Below, piece after piece: positions 45,887 to 56,116 of a DNA stretch of 64,000 bases. The position numbers and the translations under genes were made by a program. Source of the DNA: a bacterium (lineage in GTDB: Bacteria; Patescibacteriota; Patescibacteriia; Patescibacteriales; UBA12465); assembly GCA_030696105.1 (NCBI GenBank), contig JAUYNJ010000002.1, positions 3,764-67,763 of the forward strand. Reading direction: 5' to 3'. The notes under the pieces are model-generated. The model made no database searches. It saw only the letters and a list, made by a program, of their open reading frames with translations, and had not been told where the DNA came from. Positions within the stretch are counted from its first letter, which is position 1. Each line of letters starts with the position of its first letter.

Positions 45887-48307
45887 ATGTATTTATCAAT
45901 TAATTGGCTAAAAGATTTTGTAAAAATCCCTAAAAAACTCACTCCAGATGAACTGGCTTCAGTTTTAACTTTGCATACAGTGGAAGTCGAAGGTTGGCAG
46001 GCACAAAGCGAGACCTACAAACAGGTGGTTGTCGGCCGAGTGCTCACGGTTGCTCAGCACCCAAACGCCGATCGTTTGCGCCTAACAACAGTTGATGTAA
46101 AAAAAGAAACTTTAAGCATTGTTTGTGGAGCGCCAAACGTCGCCGTGGGACAGAAAGTCGCTGTGGCCTTAATTGGGGCGGTCCTTCCCAACGGCTTAGA
46201 AATAAAGGAATCAGAAATTCGCGGCGAGAAATCGTACGGCATGATTTGCGCACAAGACGAACTTGGTCTCGGCACAGATCATGAGGGCATAATGGTACTT
46301 AACGACAACGCGAAAGTCGGACAGACTTTTGCGGACTACCTTGGCCTTAAAGATACGACCTTGGAAATTGATAATAAATCGCTTTCTAACCGCGGTGACC
46401 TCTGGGGACACTACGGCATGGCGCGAGAACTCGGCGCCTTACTGAAGGCTCCACTTCTACCCTATCCGCAACCTGATGAAAAACTGTTAGAAGCCGAAGG
46501 GAAGGCAGAGTTGAGCGTCAAGATTGAGAATAAGAAAGCCTGTAGTCGCTACATTGCCGTTAAAATTGAAAACGTAAAAACAATCGAATCACCTGCTTGG
46601 CTAAAAGAGAGATTATCTGCAGTCGGCGCACGCCCGGTTAATGCACTTGTTGATATTACAAATTACGTGATGCTCGATAGCGGCCAGCCACTTCATGCTT
46701 TTGATGCGACGGGTATTAGTAAGCTTGGCGTGAGATACTCAAAAGATGATGAAGGCCTTGAGACCTTAGATGGCAAAGAAAGAATGTTACCAGAAGAAAC
46801 AATTGTTATTACAAATAATAATGAACCAATCGCGATAGCTGGTATAATGGGAGGCGCTCACAGTGCCATTAAAGATAGCACTGAGAGTATTATTATCGAA
46901 GCAGCAACTTTTGATGCGGTGGCAGTACGTAAAGCCTCAGCGCGCTTAAATCTGCGGACCGATGCTTCGATGCGTTTTGAAAAAACACTTGACCCGCATC
47001 TGCCTGAAATCGCTTGGAAGCGAGCCTGGCAAATTATTAAAGGAGTATTTCCAGAAGCAAGACTGGCTGGCGTTCCAGTAGATATTATAAATTTTGAAAT
47101 GGAGCCAGTAGCAATTGCGGTTGATTTTTCCTGGCTAAAAAAGAGCTTAGGTAAAGATATTGGTCGCAAAGACACGGTTGGTATTTTAGAACGTTTAGGT
47201 TTTACTGTTGTGATTGAAGGAAATGTGTTAATGGTCACAGCGCCAACCTGGCGAGCAGTGAAGGATGTTTCAATTAAAGAGGATATTTTAGAGGAGGCGG
47301 CACGTGTTATTGGTTATAATGAAATTCCTTCCTTGCCGCTAGCTGCGACATTATCTCAGTTACCAGATAATCAAGAAATGGAGCTGGAAAGAAAAATCCA
47401 GGACGTGTTAAGTGGCACCGGTCATTTGAGTGAGACATATAATTATTCTTTTGTAAGCGAGTCAGCGCTGACTAAGCTTCATTTTGATGTTAATAATTAT
47501 TTAAAGCTGGTTAATCCTATTTCTGAACAGCATGTTTATTTAAGACAGAGTCTTCTGACCAACATGTTGCAGAATGTACGCACCAACCAGTTTAATTATC
47601 CCGAGTTTGGTTTATTTGAAATTGGTCGCGTCTTTTTACCTATCGCCGGAGAATACTACAAAGACGAAAAAGGCGAACTGATGCCATACCAAGGAAAGCG
47701 TCTGGGTATTTTAGTCGCTGGTCCAGATGGAAACAACGTGTTTAATCGCGCAAAAGGTCTAGCTGAGTTAATGCTCTCATCTCTTTGGCCGCAGGCTAGA
47801 ATCGAATTAACTGTTTTAGAAAGTTCGCCGCTCTGGGTTGAAAAAGGACAAGCAGCAGCTATTAGCTGTGCCGGTAAAGAAATTGGCTTCACCGGTCGTC
47901 TCAGTGCGGAAGTTGCAAATGCCTTTGGCTTAAAGTTAAAAGTGGCTTACGTTGAAATCAATTTTAAGGAACTAATGGCGCTGTATCTTTCCTTACCGGC
48001 TAATCAATACATCGAGGCGCCGAAGTATCCACCGGTTACCCGCGACATTGCTTTTGTGGTTGATGAAAAAATATTGTATAATGACTTCTGGAAAGTCTTA
48101 ATCGATTTTCATCCATTAATTGTGAAAGCAGAACTTTTTGATGTTTACACTGGTGCCGGTCTTGGCGAGGGCATGAAAAGTTTAGCCTTTCATCTCACTT
48201 ATCAAGATAAAGAAAGAACCCTTACGGCTGAAGAAATCGACCTTATTCAAGCTGATCTCATAAAGCGTTGTCAGGACAAGTTTGAAGCTCAAGTGAGAGA
48301 TTTCTAA
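45887..48307 (+). CDS. pheT: Phenylalanyl-tRNA synthetase beta subunit
   Basis: 806-aa ORF. N-terminal tRNA-binding domain (HPNADRLRLTTVD), B3/4 and B5 domains, and a C-terminal FDX-ACB-like domain. It immediately follows pheS. Confidence 0.95.
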   Translation: MYLSINWLKDFVKIPKKLTPDELASVLTLHTVEVEGWQAQSETYKQVVVGRVLTVAQHPNADRLRLTTVDVKKETLSIVCGAPNVAVGQKVAVALIGAVLPNGLEIKESEIRGEKSYGMICAQDELGLGTDHEGIMVLNDNAKVGQTFADYLGLKDTTLEIDNKSLSNRGDLWGHYGMARELGALLKAPLLPYPQPDEKLLEAEGKAELSVKIENKKACSRYIAVKIENVKTIESPAWLKERLSAVGARPVNALVDITNYVMLDSGQPLHAFDATGISKLGVRYSKDDEGLETLDGKERMLPEETIVITNNNEPIAIAGIMGGAHSAIKDSTESIIIEAATFDAVAVRKASARLNLRTDASMRFEKTLDPHLPEIAWKRAWQIIKGVFPEARLAGVPVDIINFEMEPVAIAVDFSWLKKSLGKDIGRKDTVGILERLGFTVVIEGNVLMVTAPTWRAVKDVSIKEDILEEAARVIGYNEIPSLPLAATLSQLPDNQEMELERKIQDVLSGTGHLSETYNYSFVSESALTKLHFDVNNYLKLVNPISEQHVYLRQSLLTNMLQNVRTNQFNYPEFGLFEIGRVFLPIAGEYYKDEKGELMPYQGKRLGILVAGPDGNNVFNRAKGLAELMLSSLWPQARIELTVLESSPLWVEKGQAAAISCAGKEIGFTGRLSAEVANAFGLKLKVAYVEINFKELMALYLSLPANQYIEAPKYPPVTRDIAFVVDEKILYNDFWKVLIDFHPLIVKAELFDVYTGAGLGEGMKSLAFHLTYQDKERTLTAEEIDLIQADLIKRCQDKFEAQVRDF

Positions 48308-48333
48308 GTATTTAATCAATTAATAATAATTTT

Positions 48334-48660
48334 ATGTTTGAAACTTCACGCGATATCCTTAACTGGGTGCTCGCCGTTTCAATCGGAGTACTTGCCTTTT
48401 TCCTCTGCTGGGCTTTATATTACTTTATTGCCAGCGCTCAGCGCATTTTCAAACTGGTGAAACAGATTGAAAGAGGCGTATCTAAGGCAGAAGAACTTAT
48501 TGATTTCATCCAACAAAAAATTTCCGGCAGTGCTTCGTATATGGTAGTTATTGGGGAGTTGATTAAACGCGGCATGGAATTTGCAAAAAATAGACGAGGG
48601 CAGAACGGTTATGATGAAGACGATGATGAGGTGGTAGTTAAAAAGAAAAAGAAAAAATAA
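48334..48660 (+). CDS. Small membrane-anchored protein with acidic/poly-Lys tail (hypothetical)
   Basis: 108-aa ORF. One TM helix (VLAVSIGVLAFFLCWALYYFI). The C-terminus is DEDDDEVVVKKKKKK. Confidence 0.45.
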   Translation: MFETSRDILNWVLAVSIGVLAFFLCWALYYFIASAQRIFKLVKQIERGVSKAEELIDFIQQKISGSASYMVVIGELIKRGMEFAKNRRGQNGYDEDDDEVVVKKKKKK

Positions 48661-48671
48661 AACTTTAAACA

Positions 48672-48702
48672 AAAAACGGCTCAAGTAATGAGCCGTTTTT
48701 TT
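48672..48702. terminator. Bidirectional terminator hairpin
   Basis: AAAACGGCTC aagtaat GAGCCGTTTTTTTT, between convergent genes. Confidence 0.7.
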
Positions 48703-48716
48703 TATTGAACAAATTG

Positions 48717-50942
48717 TTATTTGGTAAAGCCGCAACCCTTATCGCTGCAGACAATGACACCATCCTTATCCTTAACAAGCAATGATTCGCAGTCCGGACA
48801 CTTTTCGCCGCTTGGCTGACCCCAGTACGCATTCTTACATTCAGGGTAGTTATCACAAGCATAAAAAGCCCCGCGCTTACTAAACTTCTTTACAATCTCC
48901 CCAGTCTTACAGGCCGGACAAATTATTTCTTTACCTTTATCGCTACCGTCATCAACATTTTTAATATTCTTACACTTGGGGTAGGAAGTACAGGCGAGGA
49001 AGGGTCCGTACTTACCAGTGCGCACTTTCATTTCAGAGCCGCATTTATCGCAAACAGTGCCTTTATACTTTTCATTTAAAGCGTCGAGCGCTGGGTTGTC
49101 TTGCTTAACCGCTGAACCGCCGTCAGCTTTCTTAATGTTGCGGCACTCCGGAAAGGCACTACAGGCCAAGAATTTGCCATAACGGCCAGTTTTAATCACC
49201 ATTGCCGCTCCGCACTTATCACACTTTTCTTCGGATGTTTCTTCAGGCATAATATCACTTTTTTTAATATCTTCGTATTTTTTTTCTAAGTTAGAATGAA
49301 AGTCGCCGTAAAAATCTGCAATTAAGGGCTGCCATTCCTTTTCCCCGGCGGCGACGAGATCGAGATCATTTTCCATGCCGGCAGTAAAGTTATAGTCGAC
49401 AATCTTAGGGAAGTGCTTGACAAGCAAGTCGTTTACAACTAGGGCGATTTCGGTCGGCTGCAAGCGTTTGTCTTCATTGCGCTGCACATAATTTCTAGTG
49501 ATGATGGTGTTAATTGTTGGCGCGTAAGTTGAAGGACGACCGATGCCGAATTTTTCCATTTCTTTGACTAGTCCCGCATCACTGAACCGTGCCGGTGGTT
49601 TAGTCGCATGTTGTTCGGTTTCAATTTTTAAGAAGGTGACCGTTTCATTTTCACTAGGACGGGGTAGGACTTGTTCGGCAGTTTTTTCGGGGTAGACTTT
49701 TAGGTAGCCATCGAAGACGAGTACCTGACCGCTTGCACGGAAAATATGTTTCGCGCCATCAGTACAAGCTGCTTCAATGTCAATCGTTGTTGCGCTTAAT
49801 TTAGCAGCCGGCATTTGCGTTGCGAGCGTTCGTTGCCAAATCAAATTATATAAACGGTATTCGCCTTTATCGAGCTTTTCTTTTAATTCATCGGGCGTAC
49901 GACTGGCGACGGTTGGTCTAATTGCTTCGTGAGCCTCCTGTGCATTCTTACCCTTAGTTTTGAATGTTCGTGGTTCTGGCAACACATATTCGGCCGGTAA
50001 AGTTGAGGCCAGGTATTCTCTTGCTTCAATTAAGAACTGCGCAGAGAGATTTAAGGAGTCGGTTCTCATGTAAGTGATGAAACCCTGTTCATATAGTCTC
50101 TGTGCGAGCACCATCGTTTGTTTGGCACTGAAACCGAGTTGTCGGTTTGCCCCTTGTTGTAGGGTTGAGGTGGTGAAAGGGGCGGAAGGGTTTTTGCTGA
50201 CAGACTTTTCTTCTACCTTGACAATGCGACCAATGGCATCAATTAACTGCTCCTTTAAAGAAGCGGCGAGCTCTGCGCTGATATCTAACTTATCAAAAGT
50301 TTTTCCATTAAGACGGAAAAGATTTGCTTTATAAGCGGTGCCGCTTTTTTCATCTTTGACTTCAGCGCTCACGGTCCAGTATTCTTGAGAATTAAAGGCA
50401 AGAATTTCGCGTTCCCGTTCTACAATAATACGGATAGCGACGCTTTGTACGCGACCGGCTGATAAACCTTTAGCGACTTTTTTCCATAGGAAAGGTGAAA
50501 GCTCGTAGCCGACAAGTCTATCTAAGACGCGACGAGCCTGTTGCGCGTCAACCAAATCCTGATTAATACCGCGTGGATTTTCTAAGGCTGCCAAAATAGC
50601 TGGCTTGGTGATTTCGTGAAAGACGATGCGCTGAGTTTTCGACTGATCGAGTTTCAGTACCTGTGCTAAGTGCCAAGCGATTGCTTCTCCTTCGCGATCT
50701 TCGTCGGAGGCGAGAATAACTGCCTCCGCTTTCTTGGCGGACGCTTTAAGAGTGCTAGCCGTTTTTTTAGCCTTAGCAGGAGTAACGTATTTTGGTTCAA
50801 AATTATTGGCAATATCAATGCCCATTTCCTTCGCCGGCAAATCACGGACATGGCCAAAAGAAGACTCAACTTGAAAGTCGGACCCTAAAAATTTGCTAAT
50901 TGTCTTCGCTTTTGTTGGGGATTCGACTATGATGAGTTTCAT
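48717..50942 (-). CDS. topA: DNA topoisomerase I
   Basis: 741-aa ORF. Toprim N-terminus (MKLIIVESPTKAKTI), active-site region GFITYMRTDS, and four C-terminal C4 zinc ribbons. Confidence 0.95.
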   Translation of the reverse strand: MKLIIVESPTKAKTISKFLGSDFQVESSFGHVRDLPAKEMGIDIANNFEPKYVTPAKAKKTASTLKASAKKAEAVILASDEDREGEAIAWHLAQVLKLDQSKTQRIVFHEITKPAILAALENPRGINQDLVDAQQARRVLDRLVGYELSPFLWKKVAKGLSAGRVQSVAIRIIVEREREILAFNSQEYWTVSAEVKDEKSGTAYKANLFRLNGKTFDKLDISAELAASLKEQLIDAIGRIVKVEEKSVSKNPSAPFTTSTLQQGANRQLGFSAKQTMVLAQRLYEQGFITYMRTDSLNLSAQFLIEAREYLASTLPAEYVLPEPRTFKTKGKNAQEAHEAIRPTVASRTPDELKEKLDKGEYRLYNLIWQRTLATQMPAAKLSATTIDIEAACTDGAKHIFRASGQVLVFDGYLKVYPEKTAEQVLPRPSENETVTFLKIETEQHATKPPARFSDAGLVKEMEKFGIGRPSTYAPTINTIITRNYVQRNEDKRLQPTEIALVVNDLLVKHFPKIVDYNFTAGMENDLDLVAAGEKEWQPLIADFYGDFHSNLEKKYEDIKKSDIMPEETSEEKCDKCGAAMVIKTGRYGKFLACSAFPECRNIKKADGGSAVKQDNPALDALNEKYKGTVCDKCGSEMKVRTGKYGPFLACTSYPKCKNIKNVDDGSDKGKEIICPACKTGEIVKKFSKRGAFYACDNYPECKNAYWGQPSGEKCPDCESLLVKDKDGVIVCSDKGCGFTK

Positions 50943-50978
50943 AATATTATAGTTAAAATGCTAGTATTCAGTATTTAT

Positions 50979-52091
50979 TTACCGAATCTCATATTTACCT
51001 GAATGCTTCCGAACGATATTTTTGATTTCCAATATACTTAGTGTACTATTTACGCTTGCGCTGTCAAGCTTGAGGCTAAATACGATATCATCAGCCCCTG
51101 TTTTCTGAAATGACTGATTTCTCGTTTTGATTACATTTAGAATATCTGACTCTAATGTAGACAGATCACTTTTTTCACTGCATCTGTCCGGTACTGTTAA
51201 CTGAGGGTCAGCCAAGAGGCTGCTGGCATCAGTGGCGACACTCGCCCCCTCCTTTAGTAATTCATGACAGCCGGCCGCTTGATCGTTTAAGATGTTTCCT
51301 GGTACAGCAAAGAGCGGACGCTTTAGTTTCAAGGCGAGACGAGCCGTGAGTATTGAACCTGACTTTAGGCCTGCTTCAAGAATTAAGACTTTCTGAGCAA
51401 TGGCTGCAAGCAAACGATTGCGTCCAATGAAGTGTGCTTTTAGGGGCGAAGCGGAAGGCGGGTACTCTGATAGTATTAGTCCACCCGCTTTCACAATTTT
51501 ATTTGCCAAAGCGATATTTTCGCGCGGGTAGATATTATCTAGTCCTGATCCCAGGATGGCGATTGTATGTCCGTTCGCTTCAAGGGCGAGCTCGTGAGCG
51601 CGCTTATCAAGTCCTGTTGCTAAGCCGCTAGCAATGCTGACATGGTTTAGGGCTAGAGTCGGCACAAAGTGTTGAGCCACTATCTCGCCATAATTACTCG
51701 GCCGGCGTGAACCGATGACGGTAAATATACTTTCAGTTGCCGGCCAGGCGCCGCGAGCATAGAGTAGCAACGGGGCATCGTCTAAGTCTTTAAAACCGGC
51801 AAAGTATTTATCATGCTTGGGAGTAATTAAATAAGTTTGGGTGGCGCTTAGATAGTTAATTAGCTTTTCAGGAACGAATTTACTTTTGGCGTCGCGCCAT
51901 ATCGCAACACTATTTTCTGGAATTTTGAGTTCTCGCCAACTTATTTCCCCTGCTTCAAAGGCGTTCTGCCAGCCATCAAACTTCTCTCTAAGTCGGCCTA
52001 AACGCCTCGGCCCTAAGCCCGGAATGGACGCTAAGGCGGACAAAAAGAGGTCGTCCGCTTGTTGAAAATACGGGCTTGACATGAATAACAT
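50979..52091 (-). CDS. dprA: DNA processing protein DprA (Smf)
   Basis: 370-aa ORF. Rossmann-like DprA core (VIGSRRPSNYG, SGLATGLDKRAHELAL, ILGSGLDNIYP) and a C-terminal winged-helix-like tail. The adjacency to topA is typical. Confidence 0.85.
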   Translation of the reverse strand: MLFMSSPYFQQADDLFLSALASIPGLGPRRLGRLREKFDGWQNAFEAGEISWRELKIPENSVAIWRDAKSKFVPEKLINYLSATQTYLITPKHDKYFAGFKDLDDAPLLLYARGAWPATESIFTVIGSRRPSNYGEIVAQHFVPTLALNHVSIASGLATGLDKRAHELALEANGHTIAILGSGLDNIYPRENIALANKIVKAGGLILSEYPPSASPLKAHFIGRNRLLAAIAQKVLILEAGLKSGSILTARLALKLKRPLFAVPGNILNDQAAGCHELLKEGASVATDASSLLADPQLTVPDRCSEKSDLSTLESDILNVIKTRNQSFQKTGADDIVFSLKLDSASVNSTLSILEIKNIVRKHSGKYEIR

Positions 52092-52104
52092 TTTTATTTA
52101 AGAT
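52076..52104 (+). promoter_or_regulatory. Candidate + strand promoter overlapping the dprA start region
   Basis: TTGACA (52076..52081), a 17-nt spacer, then TAAGAT (52099..52104). Confidence 0.35.
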
Positions 52105-52110
52105 GGAGAG

Positions 52111-52218
52111 TTAAAATCCCTTTGATTGCTTGTACAACAGTTTAAGCGTTTATTGCCTTCCTCCTGGCGATGGGCGTAAGAACTATTGTTGTATAAGCAG
52201 TCAAGGGGACTTTTTTTT
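52111..52218 (+). ncRNA. Candidate ~110-nt antisense/intergenic sRNA: 25-bp hairpin plus U8
   Basis: Positions 52117..52141 pair continuously with 52185..52209 (25 bp). Four pairs are G-U only on the + strand and would be A-C on the minus strand. The 43-nt loop exposes TTCCTCCT. The stem is followed by c plus T8 (52211..52218). Confidence 0.35.
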
Positions 52219-52771
52219 ACATTAATTGCTTTAAAGCCTCGTAACCTTTGGCGGCTACCCCCTTCAAGGCCGTGAGTTCTTCTTTTTCAAAACGCTGTAA
52301 TACAAATTTTTCTGGCGGTATGGGCTGTCGCAATAAGGGAGTCTTAATGCCGAGTCTGAGGCGTGTAAACTTCTGGGTCTTTAAACGATCAATTATCGAT
52401 TGCACGCCCTTGTTGCCACCACTGCGTGAGTCGTTACTTATTTTCCAAGTACCAAGTTCAAGATCGAGATCGTCGTGTATTACAAAGAGAGTATCATTTA
52501 ATTCTTGATCCTTTTTAAGTATATTTGGGAAGCGGGTTGCGAGTAAGTGATAATACTTTAAAACTTTAAAAGCACTTTCACCAGAATTATTCATGAATGT
52601 TTGTGGCTTCACGAAGAGTCGCCCCTCCGTTTCTTTAATTAAAGCGTTAAAACGTTTTTCGAGGCGCCAATCTTCTTCGCCGATTAAAAGGTCGAGGGCG
52701 ATCCAGGCGGCGTTGTGACGACTACGGGCGTAGCTGTCGCCAGGGTTACCCAGTCCGATGATAATTTGCAT
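52217..52771 (-). CDS. pth: Peptidyl-tRNA hydrolase
   Basis: The conserved N-terminus MQIIIGLGNPGDSYARSRHN begins at the ATG at 52771. The ORF track extends to 52885 through non-conserved hydrophobic sequence. Confidence 0.9.
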   Translation of the reverse strand: MQIIIGLGNPGDSYARSRHNAAWIALDLLIGEEDWRLEKRFNALIKETEGRLFVKPQTFMNNSGESAFKVLKYYHLLATRFPNILKKDQELNDTLFVIHDDLDLELGTWKISNDSRSGGNKGVQSIIDRLKTQKFTRLRLGIKTPLLRQPIPPEKFVLQRFEKEELTALKGVAAKGYEALKQLM

Positions 52772-52922
52772 ATACGTTTGTATTTCAATATTTCTAACAA
52801 TTATATTATAGCTTATTGACGATGAAATGACGATAAAACAAAGATATCCGCCAAGCGACGGATATCTTAAATATAGTCTGATCAAAAATGCTTGTCATAT
52901 CCGCAAACCTTGCGGTTTTTTC

Positions 52923-54314
52923 TTAGGCTTCGCGAACGCCGTGAATGCGACGATTCTTAGTCACGCGCAAACGGACGGGAGTACCTGTAAAATTATATTG
53001 CTCGCGCAAACGATTTTCCAAGAAGCGTACGTAGGAAAAATGAAGGTTGTCACGTGAGCCAATGCGAATCGCGAAGACGGGAGGATTTGATCTTTTCTGT
53101 TCAATTTCAAAAATATGCGGAGCCTTTAATCCTTTGCCTTTAGCGGGTAAGTGAATTTTCACAACGCGGCTTAAAAATTTCTTTAATTGAGTCGGACTGA
53201 CTTCAGTTTTGCGACCCTCCGCAATTTCAAGCGCGAGATCTAAAATCTTATTTACCTTTGAACCGGTTTTCGCGGAAATGAAAACGATAGGCGCCCAGGC
53301 GGCGAAAGGTAGTTTGCCTAAAATATTCTCCTGCCACTTTTTCGGATCCTTTTCTTCAATTAAATCCCACTTATTAGCAATGATAATCAAACTCTTGTGA
53401 CGGTCAACAATTTCTTCCACCATCTTCGCGTCTTGATGAGTTAAGCCTTCACTAATATCCAGTACTAATAGGGCGATATCTGCTCGCGTAAGCGAGGTAA
53501 GTGATTGGGCGATGCCTTCTTTCTCTAAGCCTTTGCCTTTGTGCCCGTGACGAGAAATGCCAGCCGTGTCGATGATGCGAATTAATTTTCCCTGATATTC
53601 AAGTTCAGTATCTTGAGATTCTCTTGTCGTGTGCGGTTTATCACTGACGATAGCGCGGTCGTAGCCAAGCAGGGCATTGAGTAAGGATGATTTACCAACG
53701 TTAGGTTTTCCCACAATACAAAGCCTCGCTTCGCTTACGGGCTCCACGCTGCCGCTAACATCCTTCACGCTTCTAATGCGCTCAATCACTGCTTCGAGCA
53801 TGTCGCCAGTGCCGCCGCCAGTTTGAGCAGAAACGGTAATCGGCTCACCGAGGCCTAATTTATTAAAAGCTGCCGCTTCAGTACGTTGTTTGCCGCTATC
53901 AATTTTATTGGCGATTAAAATTGTTTTCTTTTGATATTTCGTATTATTACGTAAGGCTTTTGCCAGCTCACGATCTTCCGGCATTAAGCCTGCTTTCCCG
54001 TCAACCACAAATAGTAAGAGTTCGGCCTGATTCAAATAATTAAGTGCTTGCTGTTGTGCAAGCTCATCAATATCTTCTGTCTTCGTTTGTTTTTTTCCGA
54101 TGATGCGTGCGTCAAGAAGGCCCGCTGTATCGACGAGGCGAAACAATTTTCCGTTCCAATGTACAATGCCAAAGTTGGCATCACGAGTAGTGCCTTCAAT
54201 ATCAGAAACCAGCGCCTGACGTTTCTCAACAAGGCGATTAAAAAGGGTAGACTTGCCGACATTAGTGCGGCCGCAGATAGCAACGAGAGGCAGGTTGTCC
54301 TGTGTATGTTCCAT
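52923..54314 (-). CDS. der: Ribosome-associated GTPase Der (EngA)
   Basis: 463-aa ORF. Two GTPase domains (GRTNVGKSTLFN...DTAG; [12 protein letters not shown]...DTAG...NKWD) and a C-terminal KH-like domain. Confidence 0.95.
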   Translation of the reverse strand: MEHTQDNLPLVAICGRTNVGKSTLFNRLVEKRQALVSDIEGTTRDANFGIVHWNGKLFRLVDTAGLLDARIIGKKQTKTEDIDELAQQQALNYLNQAELLLFVVDGKAGLMPEDRELAKALRNNTKYQKKTILIANKIDSGKQRTEAAAFNKLGLGEPITVSAQTGGGTGDMLEAVIERIRSVKDVSGSVEPVSEARLCIVGKPNVGKSSLLNALLGYDRAIVSDKPHTTRESQDTELEYQGKLIRIIDTAGISRHGHKGKGLEKEGIAQSLTSLTRADIALLVLDISEGLTHQDAKMVEEIVDRHKSLIIIANKWDLIEEKDPKKWQENILGKLPFAAWAPIVFISAKTGSKVNKILDLALEIAEGRKTEVSPTQLKKFLSRVVKIHLPAKGKGLKAPHIFEIEQKRSNPPVFAIRIGSRDNLHFSYVRFLENRLREQYNFTGTPVRLRVTKNRRIHGVREA

Positions 54315-54323
54315 ATTATTTTT

Positions 54324-55832
54324 TTAACTCTGGTCGCTGCCGATAATGAGGATGAAATCAGGATGGTCAGCGCTGTTTTTATAAGTCTCAAGCCAGGATG
54401 GTGCGTCGTAAGCGAGACTAGCAGCACCAGCTGCTTTTAAAGTTTCAAGAGCTTTAATATCTTTGCCAAAACTTAAATCATAAATAACGGAGTTGTCGTA
54501 CTCACGCGTCGGGGCATTGGCAGTTTCGGTAATCTCAAATCCGTAGTTCTGTAATTCGAGGGCAGTTTTAGCGGCTAGACCACTTACCCAGGTGCCATTT
54601 AACACTGCGACTTTTGCTTTACTTTCAATCTTTTCTATTTTTGTAATTTCTTCGACTTCTTCAATTTTATTGCTGTCATTTTTTTGTTCCACCTCCGCTA
54701 CTTCGCCAAAGATGTCACGCACTAAAGTCTGAATATCATTGAAATTACCAGTTTTAGGGATAAGAATATAAGCACCACTTTCGCCACGGCTTGCCATTAA
54801 ATAATTATCAGGGCCGTCACTTAAAACCTGGTTGGTAATCATGCTGCGATCAATGCTTTTGTAATCGTTCCAGAGCTTAATTAATTCCCAGATATCAAGA
54901 TTCGTTTTAATATTTTTGTTTAACTCAGAAATAATACGAGTTAGCATCCCCGGTTTTAATAAAGTGTTGCGAGATAATAACTTGTCCTTAACCGCTTCAA
55001 TGATAATTTGTTGGCGGCGGGCACGATCGAAATCAGAACCACTAATGCCGGCGGCGTGTCGGCTGCGAGCATACTTTAAAGCCAAGGAGCCATCCATGTG
55101 TTGCTCACCAGCATCAATATGTAAGTGTTCAAAACGAGAGTAATAGTCAGGGTGCTCTTCGCGGCCCTTAATTGGGTAAGTATAATCATCGATGGTGTTT
55201 TCTACGTTAACAGTCACGCCACCAAGCTCATCAATAATTTTTACAAATCCTTCAAAATCAACGCGGACGAAATAACTAATGTCTACAGCCAATATTGAAC
55301 TTAATGAAGTCATCATTGCCTCACCACCAGTCCCTGATTCTCTAGCTTCAGCGGTAGCATGAATAGAGTTAACCTTACGCCAAGCTCCGCCCTCGGTCGG
55401 CACAGTAAGATCGCGCGGTATGGAAATCAAAGCGGCCTGTTTTGTTGAGGGCTTTAAGCTGACAAGCATGATTGTGTCAGCCAAATATCCGCCATCATGG
55501 TTTGCTCCGCCCATGCCAAGCAATAAGATATTGATGCGATCATTTGCCTCACCTTCAAGACGATTATCATCACTTTCAGTTAAATGCGAAATACGTCCCA
55601 AAAAGGAATTACTCAGCCACTGATTTGCGGCTGGGCCAGACATGATAACTTTCCCAGAAAAGACAATAGCTAAGACAATCAGGGCAACAAAGTAGTTTTT
55701 TGCCCGGCGGCGCTTACGGATAGCGGCTATTAAACGCTTATCTTCTGAGCTTAATTCGCCATCAAGTATCTCTGGTTCATTTTCTTCTAACTTTTGCTTA
55801 AAATCAATCATAGTATTTACATTTCCGGCCAT
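54324..55832 (-). CDS. LytR-CpsA-Psr (LCP) family cell-envelope transferase
   Basis: TM anchor plus LCP core (INILLLGMGGANHDGGYLADTIMLVSLKPSTKQAALISIPRDL) and a C-terminal LytR_C-like domain. The ATG at 55832 is preferred over the track start at 55898. Confidence 0.85.
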   Translation of the reverse strand: MAGNVNTMIDFKQKLEENEPEILDGELSSEDKRLIAAIRKRRRAKNYFVALIVLAIVFSGKVIMSGPAANQWLSNSFLGRISHLTESDDNRLEGEANDRINILLLGMGGANHDGGYLADTIMLVSLKPSTKQAALISIPRDLTVPTEGGAWRKVNSIHATAEARESGTGGEAMMTSLSSILAVDISYFVRVDFEGFVKIIDELGGVTVNVENTIDDYTYPIKGREEHPDYYSRFEHLHIDAGEQHMDGSLALKYARSRHAAGISGSDFDRARRQQIIIEAVKDKLLSRNTLLKPGMLTRIISELNKNIKTNLDIWELIKLWNDYKSIDRSMITNQVLSDGPDNYLMASRGESGAYILIPKTGNFNDIQTLVRDIFGEVAEVEQKNDSNKIEEVEEITKIEKIESKAKVAVLNGTWVSGLAAKTALELQNYGFEITETANAPTREYDNSVIYDLSFGKDIKALETLKAAGAASLAYDAPSWLETYKNSADHPDFILIIGSDQS

Positions 55833-55935
55833 TTTGGGGTCACGGAAGGACTTCAATTTTACTGACCTTATTATAGGTATTATTACGCATTTTAGCAACT
55901 CACAAAAAAACCGCTAAAAAGCGATTTCTTGCTTT

Positions 55936-55980
55936 GTCGGGCTGCCCGGATCCGCCAGCTGGCGGAGAACCGGGATGATC
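55936..55980 (-). repeat. Pseudo-copy of the tRNA-Pro(CGG) T-arm and 3' acceptor, with a 16-nt perfect palindrome in the T-loop
   Basis: On the + strand, TGTCGGGCTGCCCGGA is identical to 55991..56006. It is followed by TCCGCCAGCTGGCGGA, which replaces ATT of the T-loop, and then by GAACCGGGAT as in the tRNA. Confidence 0.7.
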
Positions 55981-55992
55981 CTTCCTAAATGT

Positions 55993-56064
55993 CGGGCTGC
56001 CCGGAATTGAACCGGGATCACACGCACCCGAAGCGTATATAATAGCCTTTATACCACAGCCCGT
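55993..56064 (-). tRNA. tRNA-Pro (anticodon CGG), non-canonical AT-rich D-arm
   Basis: Acceptor CGGGCTG/CAGCCCG, anticodon arm TACGC-TTCGGGT-GCGTG, T-arm CCCGG-TTCAATT-CCGGG, discriminator A. The D region GTATAAAGGCTATTATA folds poorly. Confidence 0.65.
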
Positions 56065-56116
56065 GGCCTTATTATTGCCGTCTCGCCGCGTGCGAACGCA
56101 GTAAGCTATACGCGGT

